NCBI GenBank assembly: GCA_964016885.1
Contig: CAXHJY010001738.1
Coordinates: 310,001-374,000 of the forward strand
DNA length: 64,000 bases
Source of the DNA: Eledone cirrhosa
Taxonomy: Eukaryota
Direction: 5' to 3'
Each line of letters begins with the position of its first letter. Position 1 is the stretch's first letter. Shown here piece by piece: positions 1 through 13,700 of the stretch. The notes under the pieces are model-generated. The model worked only from the letters and a program-made list of their open reading frames with translations. It ran no database searches and was not told the DNA's origin. The translations under genes and the position numbers were made by a program.

Positions 1-3000
1 GTGGTGTCCGGGTTAGCAGACGGTGGTGCCAGGGTTTGCGGGAGGTGGTGTCCGTGTTTGCAGACGGTGGTGCCCGGGTTTGCAGACGGTGGTGCCAGGG
101 TTTGCAGACGGTGGTGTCCGGGTTTGCAGACGGTGGTGCCCGGGTTTGCAGACGGTGGTGTCCGGGTTTGCAGACGGTGGTGTCCGGGTTTGCAGACGGT
201 GGTGCCCGGGTTTGCAGACGGTGGTGCCAGGGTTTGCAGACGGTGGTGTCCGGGTTTGCAGACGGTGGTGCCCGGGTTTGCAGACGGTGGTGCCAGGGTT
301 TGCGGGAGGTGGTGTCCGTGTTTGCAGACGGTGGTGTCCGGGTTTGCAGACGGTGGTGCCCGGGTTTGCAGACGGTGGTGTCCGGGTTTGCAGACGGTGG
401 TGCCAGGGTTTGCAGACGGTGGTACCAGGGTTTGCAGACGGTGGTGCCAGGGTTTTCGGGATGTGGTGCCCGGGTTTGCAGACGGTGGTGTCCGGGTTTG
501 CAGACGGTGGTGTACGGGATTGCAGACGGTGGTGTCCGGGTTTGCAGACGGTGGTGTCCGGGTTTGCAGACGGTGGTGCCCGGGTTTGCAGACGGTGGTG
601 CCAGGGTTTGCAGACGGTGGTGTCCGGGTTTGCAGACGGTGGTGCCAGGGTTTGCAGACGGTGGTGCCAGGGTTTTCAGACGGTGGTACCAGGGTTTGCA
701 GACGGTGGTGCCAGGGTTTGCAGACGGTGGTGCCAGGGTTTGCAGACGGTGGTGCCAGGGTTTGCAGACGGTGGTGTCCGGGTTTGCAGACGGTGGTGCC
801 CGGGTTTGCAGACGGTGGTACCAGGGTTTGCAGACGGTGGTGCCCGGGTTTGCAGACGGTGGTGCCAGCGTTTGCAGACGGTGTTGTCCGTGTTTGCAGA
901 CGGTGGTGCCCGGGTTTGCAGACGGTGGTGCCAGGGTTTGCAGACGGTGGTGTCCGTGTTTGCAGACGGTGGTGTCCGGGTTTGCAGACGGTGGTGCCCG
1001 GGTTTGCAGACGGTGGTGCCAGGGTTTGCAGACGGTGGTGTCCGGGTTTGCAGACGGTGGTGCCCGGGTTTGCAGATGGTGGTGCCAGGGTTTGCGGGAG
1101 GTGGTGTCCGTGTTTGCAGACGGTGGTGTCCGGGTTTGCAGACGGTGGTGCCCGGGTTTGCAGACGGTGGTGTCCGGGTTTGCAGACGGTGGTGCCCGGG
1201 TTTGCAGACGGTGGTGCCAGGGTTTGCAGACGGTGGTGTCCGGGTTTGCAGACGGTGGTGTCCGGGTTTGCAGACGGTGGTGTCAGGGTTTGCAGACGGT
1301 GGTGTCCGGGTTTGCAGACGGTGGTGCCAGGGTTTGCAGACGGTGGTGTCCGTGTTTGCAGACGGTGGTGACCGGGTTTGCAGACGGTGGTGCCAGGGTT
1401 TGCAGACGGTGGTGTCCGGGTTTGCAGACGGTGGTGCCCGGGTTTGCAGACGGTGGTGTCCGGGTTTGCAGACGGTGGTGTCCGGGTTTGCAGACGGTGG
1501 TGCCCGGGTTTGCAGACGGTGGTGCCAGTGATTGCAGACGTTGGTGTCCGGGTTTGCAGATGGTGGTGCCAGGGTTTGCAGACGGTGGTGCCAGGGTTTG
1601 CAGACGTTGGTACCAGGGTTTGCAGACGGTGGTGCCAGGGTTTGCAGACGGTGGTGCCCGGGTTTGCAGACGGTGGTGCCAGGGTTTGCAGACGGTGGTG
1701 TCCGGGTTTGCAGACGGTGGTGCCCGAGTTTGCAGACGGTGGTACCAGGGTTTGCAGACGGTGGTGCCCGGGTTTGCAGACGGTGGTGCCAGGGTTTGCA
1801 GACGGTGTTGTCCGGGTTTGCAGACGGTGGTGCCCGGGTTTGCACACGGTGGTGCCAGGGTTTGCAGACGGTGGTGTCCGTGTTTGCAGATGGTGGTGTC
1901 CGGGTTTGCAGACGGTGGTGCCCGGGTTTGCAGACGGTGGTGCCAGGGTTTGCAGACGGTGGTGTCCGGGTTTGCAGACGGTGGTGCCCGGGTTTGCAGA
2001 CGGTGGTGCCAGGGTTTGCAGACGGTGGTGTCCGGGTTTTCAGACGGTGGTGCCCGGGTTTGCAGACGGTGGTACCAGTGTTTGCAGACGGTGGTGTCCA
2101 GGTTTGCAGACGGTGGTGTCCGGGTTTGCAGACGGTGGTGTCCGGGTATTCAGACGGTGGTGCCCGGGTATGCAGACGGTGGTACCAGGGTTTGCAGACG
2201 GTGGTGTCCAGGTTTGCAGACGGTGGCGTCCGGGTTTGGGGACGGTGGTGTCCGGGTTTGCAGACGGTGGTGTCCGGGTTTGCAGACGGTGGTGCCAGGG
2301 TTTGCAGACGGTGGTGTCCGGGTTTGCAGACGGTGGTGCCAGGGTTTGCAGACGGTGGTACCAGGGTTTGCAGACGGTGGTGCCAGGGTTTTCGGGATGT
2401 GGTGCCCGGGTTTGCAGACGGTGGTGTCCGGGTTTGCAAACGGTGGTGTCCGGGTTTGCAGACGGTGGTGCCCGGGTTTGCAGACGGTGGTGCCAGGGAT
2501 TGCAGACGGTGGTGTCCGGGTTTGCAGATGGTGGTGCCAGGGTTTGCAGACGGTGGTGCCAGGGTTTGCAGACGTTGGTACCAGGGTTTGCAGACGGTGG
2601 TGCCAGGGTTTGCAGACGGTGGTGCCAGGGTTTGCAGACGGTGGTGCCAGGGTTTGCAGACGGTGGTGTCCGGGTTTGCAGACGGTGGTGCCCGGGTTTG
2701 CAGACGGTGGTACCAGGGTTTGCAGACGGTGGTGCCCGGGTTTGCAGACGGTGGTGCCAGGGTTTGCAGACGGTGTTGTCCGGGTTTGCAGACGGTGGTG
2801 CCCGGGTTTGCAGACGGTGGTGCCAGGGTTTGCAGACGGTGGTGTCCGTGTTTGCAGACGGTGGTGTCCGGGTTTGCAGACGGTGGTGCCCGGGTTTGCA
2901 GACGGTGGTGCCAGGGTTTGCAGACGGTGGTGTCCGGGTTTACAGACGGTGGTGCCCGGGTTTGCAGACGGTGGTGCCAGGGTTTGCGGGAGGTGGTGTC

Positions 3001-4700
3001 CGTGTTTGCAGACGGTGGTGTCCGGGTTTGCAGACGGTGGTGCCCGGGTTTGCAGACGGTGGTGCCAGGGTTTGCAGACGGTGGTGTCCGGGTTTGCAGA
3101 CGGTGGTGCCCGGGTTTGCAGACGATGGTGTCCGGGTTTGCAGACGGTGGTGTCCGGGTTTGCAGACGGTGGTGTCCGGGTTTGCAGACGGTGGTGTCCG
3201 GGTTTGCAGACGGTGGTGCCAGGGTTTGCGGGAGGTGGTGTCCGTGTTTGCAGACGGTGGTGCCCGGGTTTGCAAACGGTGGTGCCAGGGTTTGCAGACG
3301 GTGGTGTCCGGGTTTGCAGACGGTGGTGCCCGGGTTTGCAGACGGTGGTGTCCGGGTTTGCAGACGGTGGTGTCCGGGTTTGCAGACGGTGGTGCCCGGG
3401 TTTGCAGACGGTGGTGCCAGGGTTTGCAGACGGTGGTGTCCGGGTTTGCAGACGGTGGTGCCCGGGTTTGCAGACGGTGGTGCCAGGGTTTGCGGGAGGT
3501 GGTGTCCGTGTTTGCAGACGGTGGTGTCCGGGTTTGCAGACGGTGGTGCCCGGGTTTGCAGACGGTGGTGTCCGGGTTTGCAGACGGTGGTGCCAGGGTT
3601 TGCAGACGGTGGTACCAGGGTTTGCAGACGGTGGTGCCAGGGTTTTCGGGATGTGGTGCCCGGGTTTGCAGACGGTGGTGTCCGGGTTTGCAGACGGTGG
3701 TGTACGGGATTGCAGACGGTGGTGTCCGGGTTTGCAGACGGTGGTGTCCGGGTTTGCAGACGGTGGTGCCCGGGTTTGCAGACGGTGGTGCCAGGGTTTG
3801 CAGACGGTGGTGTCCGGGTTTGCAGACGGTGGTGCCAGGGTTTGCAGACGGTGGTGCCAGGGTTTGCAGACGGTGGTACCAGGGTTTGCAGACGGTGGTG
3901 CCAGGGTTTGCAGACGGTGGTGCCAGGGTTTGCAGACGGTGGTGCCAGGGTTTGCAGACGGTGGTGTCCGGGTTTGCAGACGGTGGTGCCCGGGTTTGCA
4001 GACGGTGGTACCAGGGTTTGCAGACGGTGGTGCCCGGGTTTGCAGACGGTGGTGCCAGCGTTTGCAGACGGTGTTGTCCGTGTTTGCAGACGGTGGTGCC
4101 CGGGTTTGCAGACGGTGGTGCCAGGGTTTGCAGACGGTGGTGTCCGTATTTGCAGACGGTGGTGTCCGGGTTTGCAGATGGTGGTGCCCGGGTTTGCAGA
4201 CGGTGGTGCCAGGGTTTGCAGACGGTGGTGTCCGGGTTTGCAGACGGTGGTGCCCGGGTTTGCAGACGGTGGTGCCAGGGTTTGCGGGAGGTGGTGTCCG
4301 TGTTTGCAGACGGTGGTGTCCGGGTTTGCAGACGGTGGTGCCCGGGTTTGCAGACGGTGGTGTCCGGGTTTGCAGACGGTGGTGCCCGGGTTTGCAGACG
4401 GTGGTGCCAGGTTTGCAGACGGTGGTGTCCGGGTTTGCAGACGGTGGTGTCCGGGTTTGCAGACGGTGGTGTCCGGGTTTGCAGACGGTGGTGTCCGGGT
4501 TTGCAGACGGTGGTGCCAGGGTTTGCGGGAGGTGGTGTCCGTGTTTGCAGACGGTGGTGACCGGGTTTGCAGACGGTGGTGCCAGGGTTTGCAGACGGTG
4601 GTGTCCGGGTTTGCAGACGGTGGTGCCCGGGTTTGCAGACGGTGGTGTCCGGGTTTGCAGACGGTGGTGTCCGGGTTTGCAGACGGTGGTGCCCCGGTTT
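1..4700 (+). repeat. Older higher-order duplication, offset 3190 bp (145 monomers): ~1-1500 recurs at ~3191-4700
   Basis: Rare markers recur at +3190: TTTTCGGGATGTGG 453/3643, TGTACGGGAT 511/3701, GCCAGCG 864/4054. GACCGGG 1370/4559 is at +3189, after the 1-bp deletion at ~4410. Several point differences (e.g. TTAGC at 13, TTTTCAG at 673, CCGTATT at 4144). Confidence 0.85.
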
Positions 4701-7700
4701 GCAGACGGTGGTGCCAGGGTTTGCAGACGGTGGTGTCCGGGTTTGCAGACGGTGGTGCCCGGGTTTGCAGACGGTGGTGCCAGGGTTTGCGGGAGGTGGT
4801 GTCCGTGTTTGCAGACGGTGGTGTCCGGGTTTGCAGACGGTGGTGCCCGCGTTTGCAGACGGTGGTGCCAGGGTTTGCAGACGGTGGTGTCCGGGTTTGC
4901 AGACGGTGGTGCCCGGGTTTGCAGACGGTGGTGTCCAGGTTTGCAGACGGTGGTGTCCGGTGGTGCCAGGGTTTGCGGGAGGTGGTGTCCGTGTTTGCAG
5001 ACGGTGGTGTCCGGGTTTGCAGACGGTGGTGCCCGGGTTTGCAGACGGTGGTGCCAGGGTTTGCAGACGGTGGTGTCCGGGTTTGCAGACGGTGGTGCCC
5101 GGGTTTGCAGACGGTGGCGTCCGGGTTTGCAGACGGTGGTGTCCGGGTTTGCAGACGGTGGTGTCCGGGTTTGCAGACGGTGGTGTCCGGGTTTGCAGAC
5201 GGTGGTGCCAGGGTTTTCGGGATGTGGTGGCCTGGTTTGCAGACGGTGGTGTCCAGGTTTGCAGACGGTGGTGTCCGGGTTTGCAGACGGTGGTGCCAGG
5301 GTTTTCGGGATGTGGTGCCCGAGTTTGCAGACGGTGGTGTCCGGGTTTGCAGACGGTGGTGCCAGGGTTTGCAGACGGTGGTGCCAGGGTTTGCAGACGG
5401 TGGTGTCCTGGTTTGCAGACGGTGGTGCCAGGGTTTTCGGGATGTGGTGCCCGAGTTTGCAGACGGTGGTGTCCGGGTTTGCAGACGGTGGTGCCAGGGT
5501 TTGCAGACGGTGGTGCCCGGGTTTGCAGACGGTGGTGTCCGGGTTTGCAGACGGTGCTGTCCGGGTTTGCAGACGGTGGTGCCAGGGTTTGAAGACGGTG
5601 GTGTCCGGGTTTGCAGACGGTGGTGTCCGTGTTTGCAGACGGTGGTGCCAGGGTTTGAAGACGGTGGTGTCCGGGTTTGCAGACGGTGGTGTCCGGGTTT
5701 GCAGACGGTGGTGTCCGGGTTTGCAGACGGTGGTGTCCGGGTTTGCAGACGGTGGTGTCCGGGTTTGCAGACGGTGGTGCCAGGGTTTGCAGACGGTGGT
5801 GTCCGGGTTTGCAGACGGTGGTGCCAGGGTTTGAAGACGGTGGTGTCCAGGTTTGCAGACGGTGGTATCCGGGTTTGCAGACGGTGGTGTCCGGGTTTGC
5901 AGACGGTGGTGCCAGGGTTTGCAGACGGTGGTGTCCGGGTTTGCAGACGGTGGTGCCAGGGTTTGAAGACGGTGGTGCCCGGGTTTGCGGGAGATGGTGT
6001 CAGGGTTTGCAGGAGGTCGTGTCCGGGTTTGCGGGAGATGGTGTCAGGGTTTGCGGGAGATGGTGCCCGGGTTTGCAGACGGTGGTGTCCGGGTTTGCAG
6101 ACGGTGGTGTCCGGGTTTGCAGACGGTGGTGTCCGGGTTTGCAGACGGTGGTGCCAGGGTTTGCAGACGGTGGTGTCCGGGTTTGCAGACGGTGGTGCCC
6201 GGGTTTGCAGACGGTGGTGTCAGGGTTTGCAGACGGTGGTGTCAGGGTTTGCAGACGGTGGTGCCAGGGTTTGCAGACGGTGGTGCCAGGGTTTGAAGAC
6301 GGTGGTGCCCGTGTTTGCAGACGGTGGTGTCCGGGTTTGCAGACGGTGGTGCCAGGGTTTGAAGACGGTGGTGTCCGGGTTTGCAGACGGTGGTGTCCGG
6401 GTTTGCAGACGGTGGTGCCAGGGTTTGAAGACGGTGGTGTCCGGGTTTGCAGACGGTGGTGTCCGGGTTTGCAGACGGTGGTGTCCGGGTTTGCAGACGG
6501 AGGTGCCAGGGTTTGCAGACGGTGGTGTCCGGGTTTGCAGACGGTGGTGCCAGGGTTTGAAGACGGTGGTGCCCGGGTTTGCGGGAGATGGTGTCAGGGT
6601 TTGCGGGAGGTGGTGTCCGGGTTTGCGGGAGATGGTGTCAGGGTTTGCGGGAGATGGTGCCCGGGTTTGTAGGCGGTGGTGTCCGGGTTTGCAGACGGTG
6701 GTGTCCGGGTTTGCAGACGGTGGTGTCCGGGTTTGCAGACGGTGGTGCCAGGGTTTGAAGACGGTGGTGTCCGGGTTTGCAGACGGTGGTGTCCGGGTTT
6801 GCAGACGGTGGTGCCAGGGTTTGAAGACGGTGGTGTCCGGGTTTGCAGACGGTGGTGTCCGGGTTTGCAGACGGTGGTGTGCGGGTTTGCAGACGGTGGT
6901 GCCCGGGTTTGCAGACGGTGGTGCCAGGGTTTGCAGACGGTGGTGCCCGGGTTTGCAGACGGTGGTGCCCGGGTTTGCAGACGGTGGTGTCCGGGTTTGC
7001 AGACGGTGGTGCCAGGGTTTGAAGACGGTGGTGCACGGGTTTGCGGGAGATGGTGTCAGGGTTTGCGTGAGGTGGTGTCCGGGTTTGCGGGAGCTGGTGT
7101 CAGGGTTTGCGGGAGATGGTGCCCGGGTTTGCAGACGGTGGTGTCCGGGTTTGCAGGCGGTGGTGTCCGGGTTTGCAGACGGTGGTGTCCGAGTTTGCAG
7201 ACGGTGGTGCCAGGGTTTGAAGACGGTGGTGCCCGGGTTTGAGGGAGATGGTGTCAGGGTTTGCGGGAGATGGTGCCCGGGTTTGCAGACGGTGGTGTCC
7301 GGGTTTGCAGACGGTGGTGTCCGGGTTTGCAGACGGTGGTGCCAGGGTTTGCAGACGGTGGTGTCCGGGTTTGCAGACGGTGGTGTCCGGGTTTGCAGAC
7401 GGTGGTGCCAGGGTTTGAAGACGGTGGTGCCCGGGTTTGCGGGAGATGGTGTCAGGGTTTGCGGGAGATGGTGCCCGGGTTTGCAGACGGTGGTGTCCGG
7501 GTTTGCAGACGGTGGTGCCAGGGTTTGAAGACTGTGGTGCCCGGGTTTGCGGGAGATGGTGCCAGAGTTTGCGGGAGATGGTGCCCGGGTTTGCAGACGG
7601 TGGTGCCAGGGTTTGCAGACGGTGGTGCCAGGGTTTGAAGACGTTGGTGCCCGGGTTTGCAGACGGTGGTACCAGGGTTTGAAGACGGTGGTGCCCGGGT

Positions 7701-10700
7701 TTGCGGGAGATGGTGTCAGGGTTTGCGGGAGACGGTGCCCGGGTTTGCAGACGGTGGTGTCCGGGTTTGCAGACAGTGGTGCCAGGGTTTGAAGACGGTG
7801 GTGCCCGGGTTTGCGGGAGATGGTGCCAGGGTTTGCGGGAGATGGTGCCCGGGTTTGCAGACGGTGGTGTCCGGGTCTGCAGACGGTGGTGCCAGGGTTT
7901 GCGGGAGGTGGTGTCAGGGTTTGCGGGAGATGATGCCCGGGTTTGCAGACGGTGGTGCCCGGGTTTGCAGACGGTAGTGCCAGGGTTTGCGGGAGGTGGT
8001 GTCAGGGTTTGCAGACGGTGGTGCCCGTGTTTGCAGACGGTGGTGCCAGGGTTTGCGGAAGGTGGTGTCAGGGTTTGCAGACGGTGGTGCCCGGGTTTGC
8101 AGACGGTGGTGCCAGGGTTTGCGGGAGGTGGTGTCAGGGTTTGCAGACGGTGGTGCCAGGGTTTGCGGGAGGTGGTGTCCGGGTTTGCAGACGGTGGTAC
8201 CAGGGTTTGCTGACGGTGGTACCAGGGTTTGCAGACGGTGGTGCCCGGGTTTGCAGACGGTGGTACCAGGGTTTGCAGTCGGTGGTGCCAGGGTTTGCAG
8301 ACGGTGGTACCAGGGTTTGCAGACGGTGGTGCCCGGGTTTGCAGACGGTGGTACCAGGGTTTGCAGACGGTGGTGTCCGGGTTTGCAGACGGTGGTGCCC
8401 GGGTTTGCAGGCGGTGGTGCCAGGGTTTGCAGACGGTGGTGCCAGGCTTTGCAGACGGTGGTGTCCGGGTTTGCAGGCGGTGGTGCCAGGGTTTGCAGAC
8501 GGTGGTGTCAGGGTTTGCAGACGGTGGTGCCAGGGTTTGCAGACGGTGGTGTCCGGGTTTGCAGACGGTGGTGTCCGGGTTTGCAGACGGTGGTGTCCGG
8601 GTTTGCAGACGGTGGTGCCCGGGTTTGCAGACGGTGGTGCCAGGGTTTGCAGACGGTGGTACCAGGGTTTGCAGACGGTGGTGCCAGGGTTTTCGGGATG
8701 TGGTGCCCGGGTTTGCAGACGGTGGTGTCCGGGTTTGCAAACGGTGGTGTCCGGGTTTGCAGACGGTGGTGCCCGGGTTTGCAGACGGTGGTGCCAGGGA
8801 TTGCAGACGGTGGTGTCCGGGTTTGCAGATGGTGGTGCCAGGGTTTGCAGACGGTGGTGCCAGGGTTTGCAGACGTTGGTACCAGGGTTTGCAGACGGTG
8901 GTGCCAGGGTTTGCAGACGGTGGTGCCAGGGTTTGCAGACGGTGGTGCCAGGGTTTGCAGACGGTGGTGTCCGGGTTTGCAGACGGTGGTGCCCGGGTTT
9001 GCAGACGGTGGTACCAGGGTTTGCAGACGGTGGTGCCCGGGTTTGCAGACGGTGGTGCCAGGGTTTGCAGACGGTGTTGTCCGGGTTTGCAGACGGTGGT
9101 GCCCGGGTTTGCAGACGGTGGTGCCAGGGTTTGCAGACGGTGGTGTCCGTGTTTGCAGACGGTGGTGTCCGGGTTTGCAGACGGTGGTGCCCGGGTTTGC
9201 AGACGGTGGTGCCAGGGTTTGCAGACGGTGGTGTCCGGGTTTACAGACGGTGGTGCCCGGGTTTGCAGACGGTGGTGCCAGGGTTTGCGGGAGGTGGTGT
9301 CCGTGTTTGCAGACGGTGGTGTCCGGGTTTGCAGACGGTGGTGCCCGGGTTTGCAGACGGTGGTGCCAGGGTTTGCAGACGGTGGTGTCCGGGTTTGCAG
9401 ACGGTGGTGCCCGGGTTTGCAGACGATGGTGTCCGGGTTTGCAGACGGTGGTGTCCGGGTTTGCAGACGGTGGTGTCCGGGTTTGCAGACGGTGGTGTCC
9501 GGGTTTGCAGACGGTGGTGCCAGGGTTTGCGGGAGGTGGTGTCCGTGTTTGCAGACGGTGGTGCCCGGGTTTGCAAACGGTGGTGCCAGGGTTTGCAGAC
9601 GGTGGTGTCCGGGTTTGCAGACGGTGGTGCCCGGGTTTGCAGACGGTGGTGTCCGGGTTTGCAGACGGTGGTGTCCGGGTTTGCAGACGGTGGTGCCCGG
9701 GTTTGCAGACGGTGGTGCCAGGGTTTGCAGACGGTGGTGTCCGGGTTTGCAGACGGTGGTGCCCGGGTTTGCAGACGGTGGTGCCAGGGTTTGCGGGAGG
9801 TGGTGTCCGTGTTTGCAGACGGTGGTGTCCGGGTTTGCAGACGGTGGTGCCCGGGTTTGCAGACGGTGGTGTCCGGGTTTGCAGACGGTGGTGCCAGGGT
9901 TTGCAGACGGTGGTACCAGGGTTTGCAGACGGTGGTGCCAGGGTTTTCGGGATGTGGTGCCCGGGTTTGCAGACGGTGGTGTCCGGGTTTGCAGACGGTG
10001 GTGTACGGGATTGCAGACGGTGGTGTCCGGGTTTGCAGACGGTGGTGTCCGGGTTTGCAGACGGTGGTGCCCGGGTTTGCAGACGGTGGTGCCAGGGTTT
10101 GCAGACGGTGGTGTCCGGGTTTGCAGACGGTGGTGCCAGGGTTTGCAGACGGTGGTGCCAGGGTTTGCAGACGGTGGTACCAGGGTTTGCAGACGGTGGT
10201 GCCAGGGTTTGCAGACGGTGGTGCCAGGGTTTGCAGACGGTGGTGCCAGGGTTTGCAGACGGTGGTGTCCGGGTTTGCAGACGGTGGTGCCCGGGTTTGC
10301 AGACGGTGGTACCAGGGTTTGCAGACGGTGGTGCCCGGGTTTGCAGACGGTGGTGCCAGCGTTTGCAGACGGTGTTGTCCGTGTTTGCAGACGGTGGTGC
10401 CCGGGTTTGCAGACGGTGGTGCCAGGGTTTGCAGACGGTGGTGTCCGTATTTGCAGACGGTGGTGTCCGGGTTTGCAGATGGTGGTGCCCGGGTTTGCAG
10501 ACGGTGGTGCCAGGGTTTGCAGACGGTGGTGTCCGGGTTTGCAGACGGTGGTGCCCGGGTTTGCAGACGGTGGTGCCAGGGTTTGCGGGAGGTGGTGTCC
10601 GTGTTTGCAGACGGTGGTGTCCGGGTTTGCAGACGGTGGTGCCCGGGTTTGCAGACGGTGGTGTCCGGGTTTGCAGACGGTGGTGCCCGGGTTTGCAGAC

Positions 10701-13700
10701 GGTGGTGCCAGGTTTGCAGACGGTGGTGTCCGGGTTTGCAGACGGTGGTGTCCGGGTTTGCAGACGGTGGTGTCCGGGTTTGCAGACGGTGGTGTCCGGG
10801 TTTGCAGACGGTGGTGCCAGGGTTTGCGGGAGGTGGTGTCCGTGTTTGCAGACGGTGGTGACCGGGTTTGCAGACGGTGGTGCCAGGGTTTGCAGACGGT
10901 GGTGTCCGGGTTTGCAGACGGTGGTGCCCGGGTTTGCAGACGGTGGTGTCCGGGTTTGCAGACGGTGGTGTCCGGGTTTGCAGACGGTGGTGCCCCGGTT
11001 TGCAGACGGTGGTGCCAGGGTTTGCAGACGGTGGTGTCCGGGTTTGCAGACGGTGGTGCCCGGGTTTGCAGACGGTGGTGCCAGGGTTTGCGGGAGGTGG
11101 TGTCCGTGTTTGCAGACGGTGGTGTCCGGGTTTGCAGACGGTGGTGCCCGCGTTTGCAGACGGTGGTGCCAGGGTTTGCAGACGGTGGTGTCCGGGTTTG
11201 CAGACGGTGGTGCCCGGGTTTGCAGACGGTGGTGTCCAGGTTTGCAGACGGTGGTGTCCGGTGGTGCCAGGGTTTGCGGGAGGTGGTGTCCGTGTTTGCA
11301 GACGGTGGTGTCCGGGTTTGCAGACGGTGGTGCCCGGGTTTGCAGACGGTGGTGCCAGGGTTTGCAGACGGTGGTGTCCGGGTTTGCAGACGGTGGTGCC
11401 CGGGTTTGCAGACGGTGGCGTCCGGGTTTGCAGACGGTGGTGTCCGGGTTTGCAGACGGTGGTGTCCGGGTTTGCAGACGGTGGTGTCCGGGTTTGCAGA
11501 CGGTGGTGCCAGGGTTTTCGGGATGTGGTGGCCTGGTTTGCAGACGGTGGTGTCCAGGTTTGCAGACGGTGGTGTCCGGGTTTGCAGACGGTGGTGCCAG
11601 GGTTTTCGGGATGTGGTGCCCGAGTTTGCAGACGGTGGTGTCCGGGTTTGCAGACGGTGGTGCCAGGGTTTGCAGACGGTGGTGCCAGGGTTTGCAGACG
11701 GTGGTGTCCTGGTTTGCAGACGGTGGTGCCAGGGTTTTCGGGATGTGGTGCCCGAGTTTGCAGACGGTGGTGTCCGGGTTTGCAGACGGTGGTGCCAGGG
11801 TTTGCAGACGGTGGTGCCCGGGTTTGCAGACGGTGGTGTCCGGGTTTGCAGACGGTGCTGTCCGGGTTTGCAGACGGTGGTGCCAGGGTTTGAAGACGGT
11901 GGTGTCCGGGTTTGCAGACGGTGGTGTCCGTGTTTGCAGACGGTGGTGCCAGGGTTTGAAGACGGTGGTGTCCGGGTTTGCAGACGGTGGTGTCCGGGTT
12001 TGCAGACGGTGGTGTCCGGGTTTGCAGACGGTGGTGTCCGGGTTTGCAGACGGTGGTGTCCGGGTTTGCAGACGGTGGTGCCAGGGTTTGCAGACGGTGG
12101 TGTCCGGGTTTGCAGACGGTGGTGCCAGGGTTTGAAGACGGTGGTGTCCAGGTTTGCAGACGGTGGTATCCGGGTTTGCAGACGGTGGTGTCCGGGTTTG
12201 CAGACGGTGGTGCCAGGGTTTGCAGACGGTGGTGTCCGGGTTTGCAGACGGTGGTGCCAGGGTTTGAAGACGGTGGTGCCCGGGTTTGCGGGAGATGGTG
12301 TCAGGGTTTGCAGGAGGTCGTGTCCGGGTTTGCGGGAGATGGTGTCAGGGTTTGCGGGAGATGGTGCCCGGGTTTGCAGACGGTGGTGTCCGGGTTTGCA
12401 GACGGTGGTGTCCGGGTTTGCAGACGGTGGTGTCCGGGTTTGCAGACGGTGGTGCCAGGGTTTGCAGACGGTGGTGTCCGGGTTTGCAGACGGTGGTGCC
12501 CGGGTTTGCAGACGGTGGTGTCAGGGTTTGCAGACGGTGGTGTCAGGGTTTGCAGACGGTGGTGCCAGGGTTTGCAGACGGTGGTGCCAGGGTTTGAAGA
12601 CGGTGGTGCCCGTGTTTGCAGACGGTGGTGTCCGGGTTTGCAGACGGTGGTGCCAGGGTTTGAAGACGGTGGTGTCCGGGTTTGCAGACGGTGGTGTCCG
12701 GGTTTGCAGACGGTGGTGCCAGGGTTTGAAGACGGTGGTGTCCGGGTTTGCAGACGGTGGTGTCCGGGTTTGCAGACGGTGGTGTCCGGGTTTGCAGACG
12801 GAGGTGCCAGGGTTTGCAGACGGTGGTGTCCGGGTTTGCAGACGGTGGTGCCAGGGTTTGAAGACGGTGGTGCCCGGGTTTGCGGGAGATGGTGTCAGGG
12901 TTTGCGGGAGGTGGTGTCCGGGTTTGCGGGAGATGGTGTCAGGGTTTGCGGGAGATGGTGCCCGGGTTTGTAGGCGGTGGTGTCCGGGTTTGCAGACGGT
13001 GGTGTCCGGGTTTGCAGACGGTGGTGTCCGGGTTTGCAGACGGTGGTGCCAGGGTTTGAAGACGGTGGTGTCCGGGTTTGCAGACGGTGGTGTCCGGGTT
13101 TGCAGACGGTGGTGCCAGGGTTTGAAGACGGTGGTGTCCGGGTTTGCAGACGGTGGTGTCCGGGTTTGCAGACGGTGGTGTGCGGGTTTGCAGACGGTGG
13201 TGCCCGGGTTTGCAGACGGTGGTGCCAGGGTTTGCAGACGGTGGTGCCCGGGTTTGCAGACGGTGGTGCCCGGGTTTGCAGACGGTGGTGTCCGGGTTTG
13301 CAGACGGTGGTGCCAGGGTTTGAAGACGGTGGTGCACGGGTTTGCGGGAGATGGTGTCAGGGTTTGCGTGAGGTGGTGTCCGGGTTTGCGGGAGCTGGTG
13401 TCAGGGTTTGCGGGAGATGGTGCCCGGGTTTGCAGACGGTGGTGTCCGGGTTTGCAGGCGGTGGTGTCCGGGTTTGCAGACGGTGGTGTCCGAGTTTGCA
13501 GACGGTGGTGCCAGGGTTTGAAGACGGTGGTGCCCGGGTTTGAGGGAGATGGTGTCAGGGTTTGCGGGAGATGGTGCCCGGGTTTGCAGACGGTGGTGTC
13601 CGGGTTTGCAGACGGTGGTGTCCGGGTTTGCAGACGGTGGTGCCAGGGTTTGCAGACGGTGGTGTCCGGGTTTGCAGACGGTGGTGTCCGGGTTTGCAGA

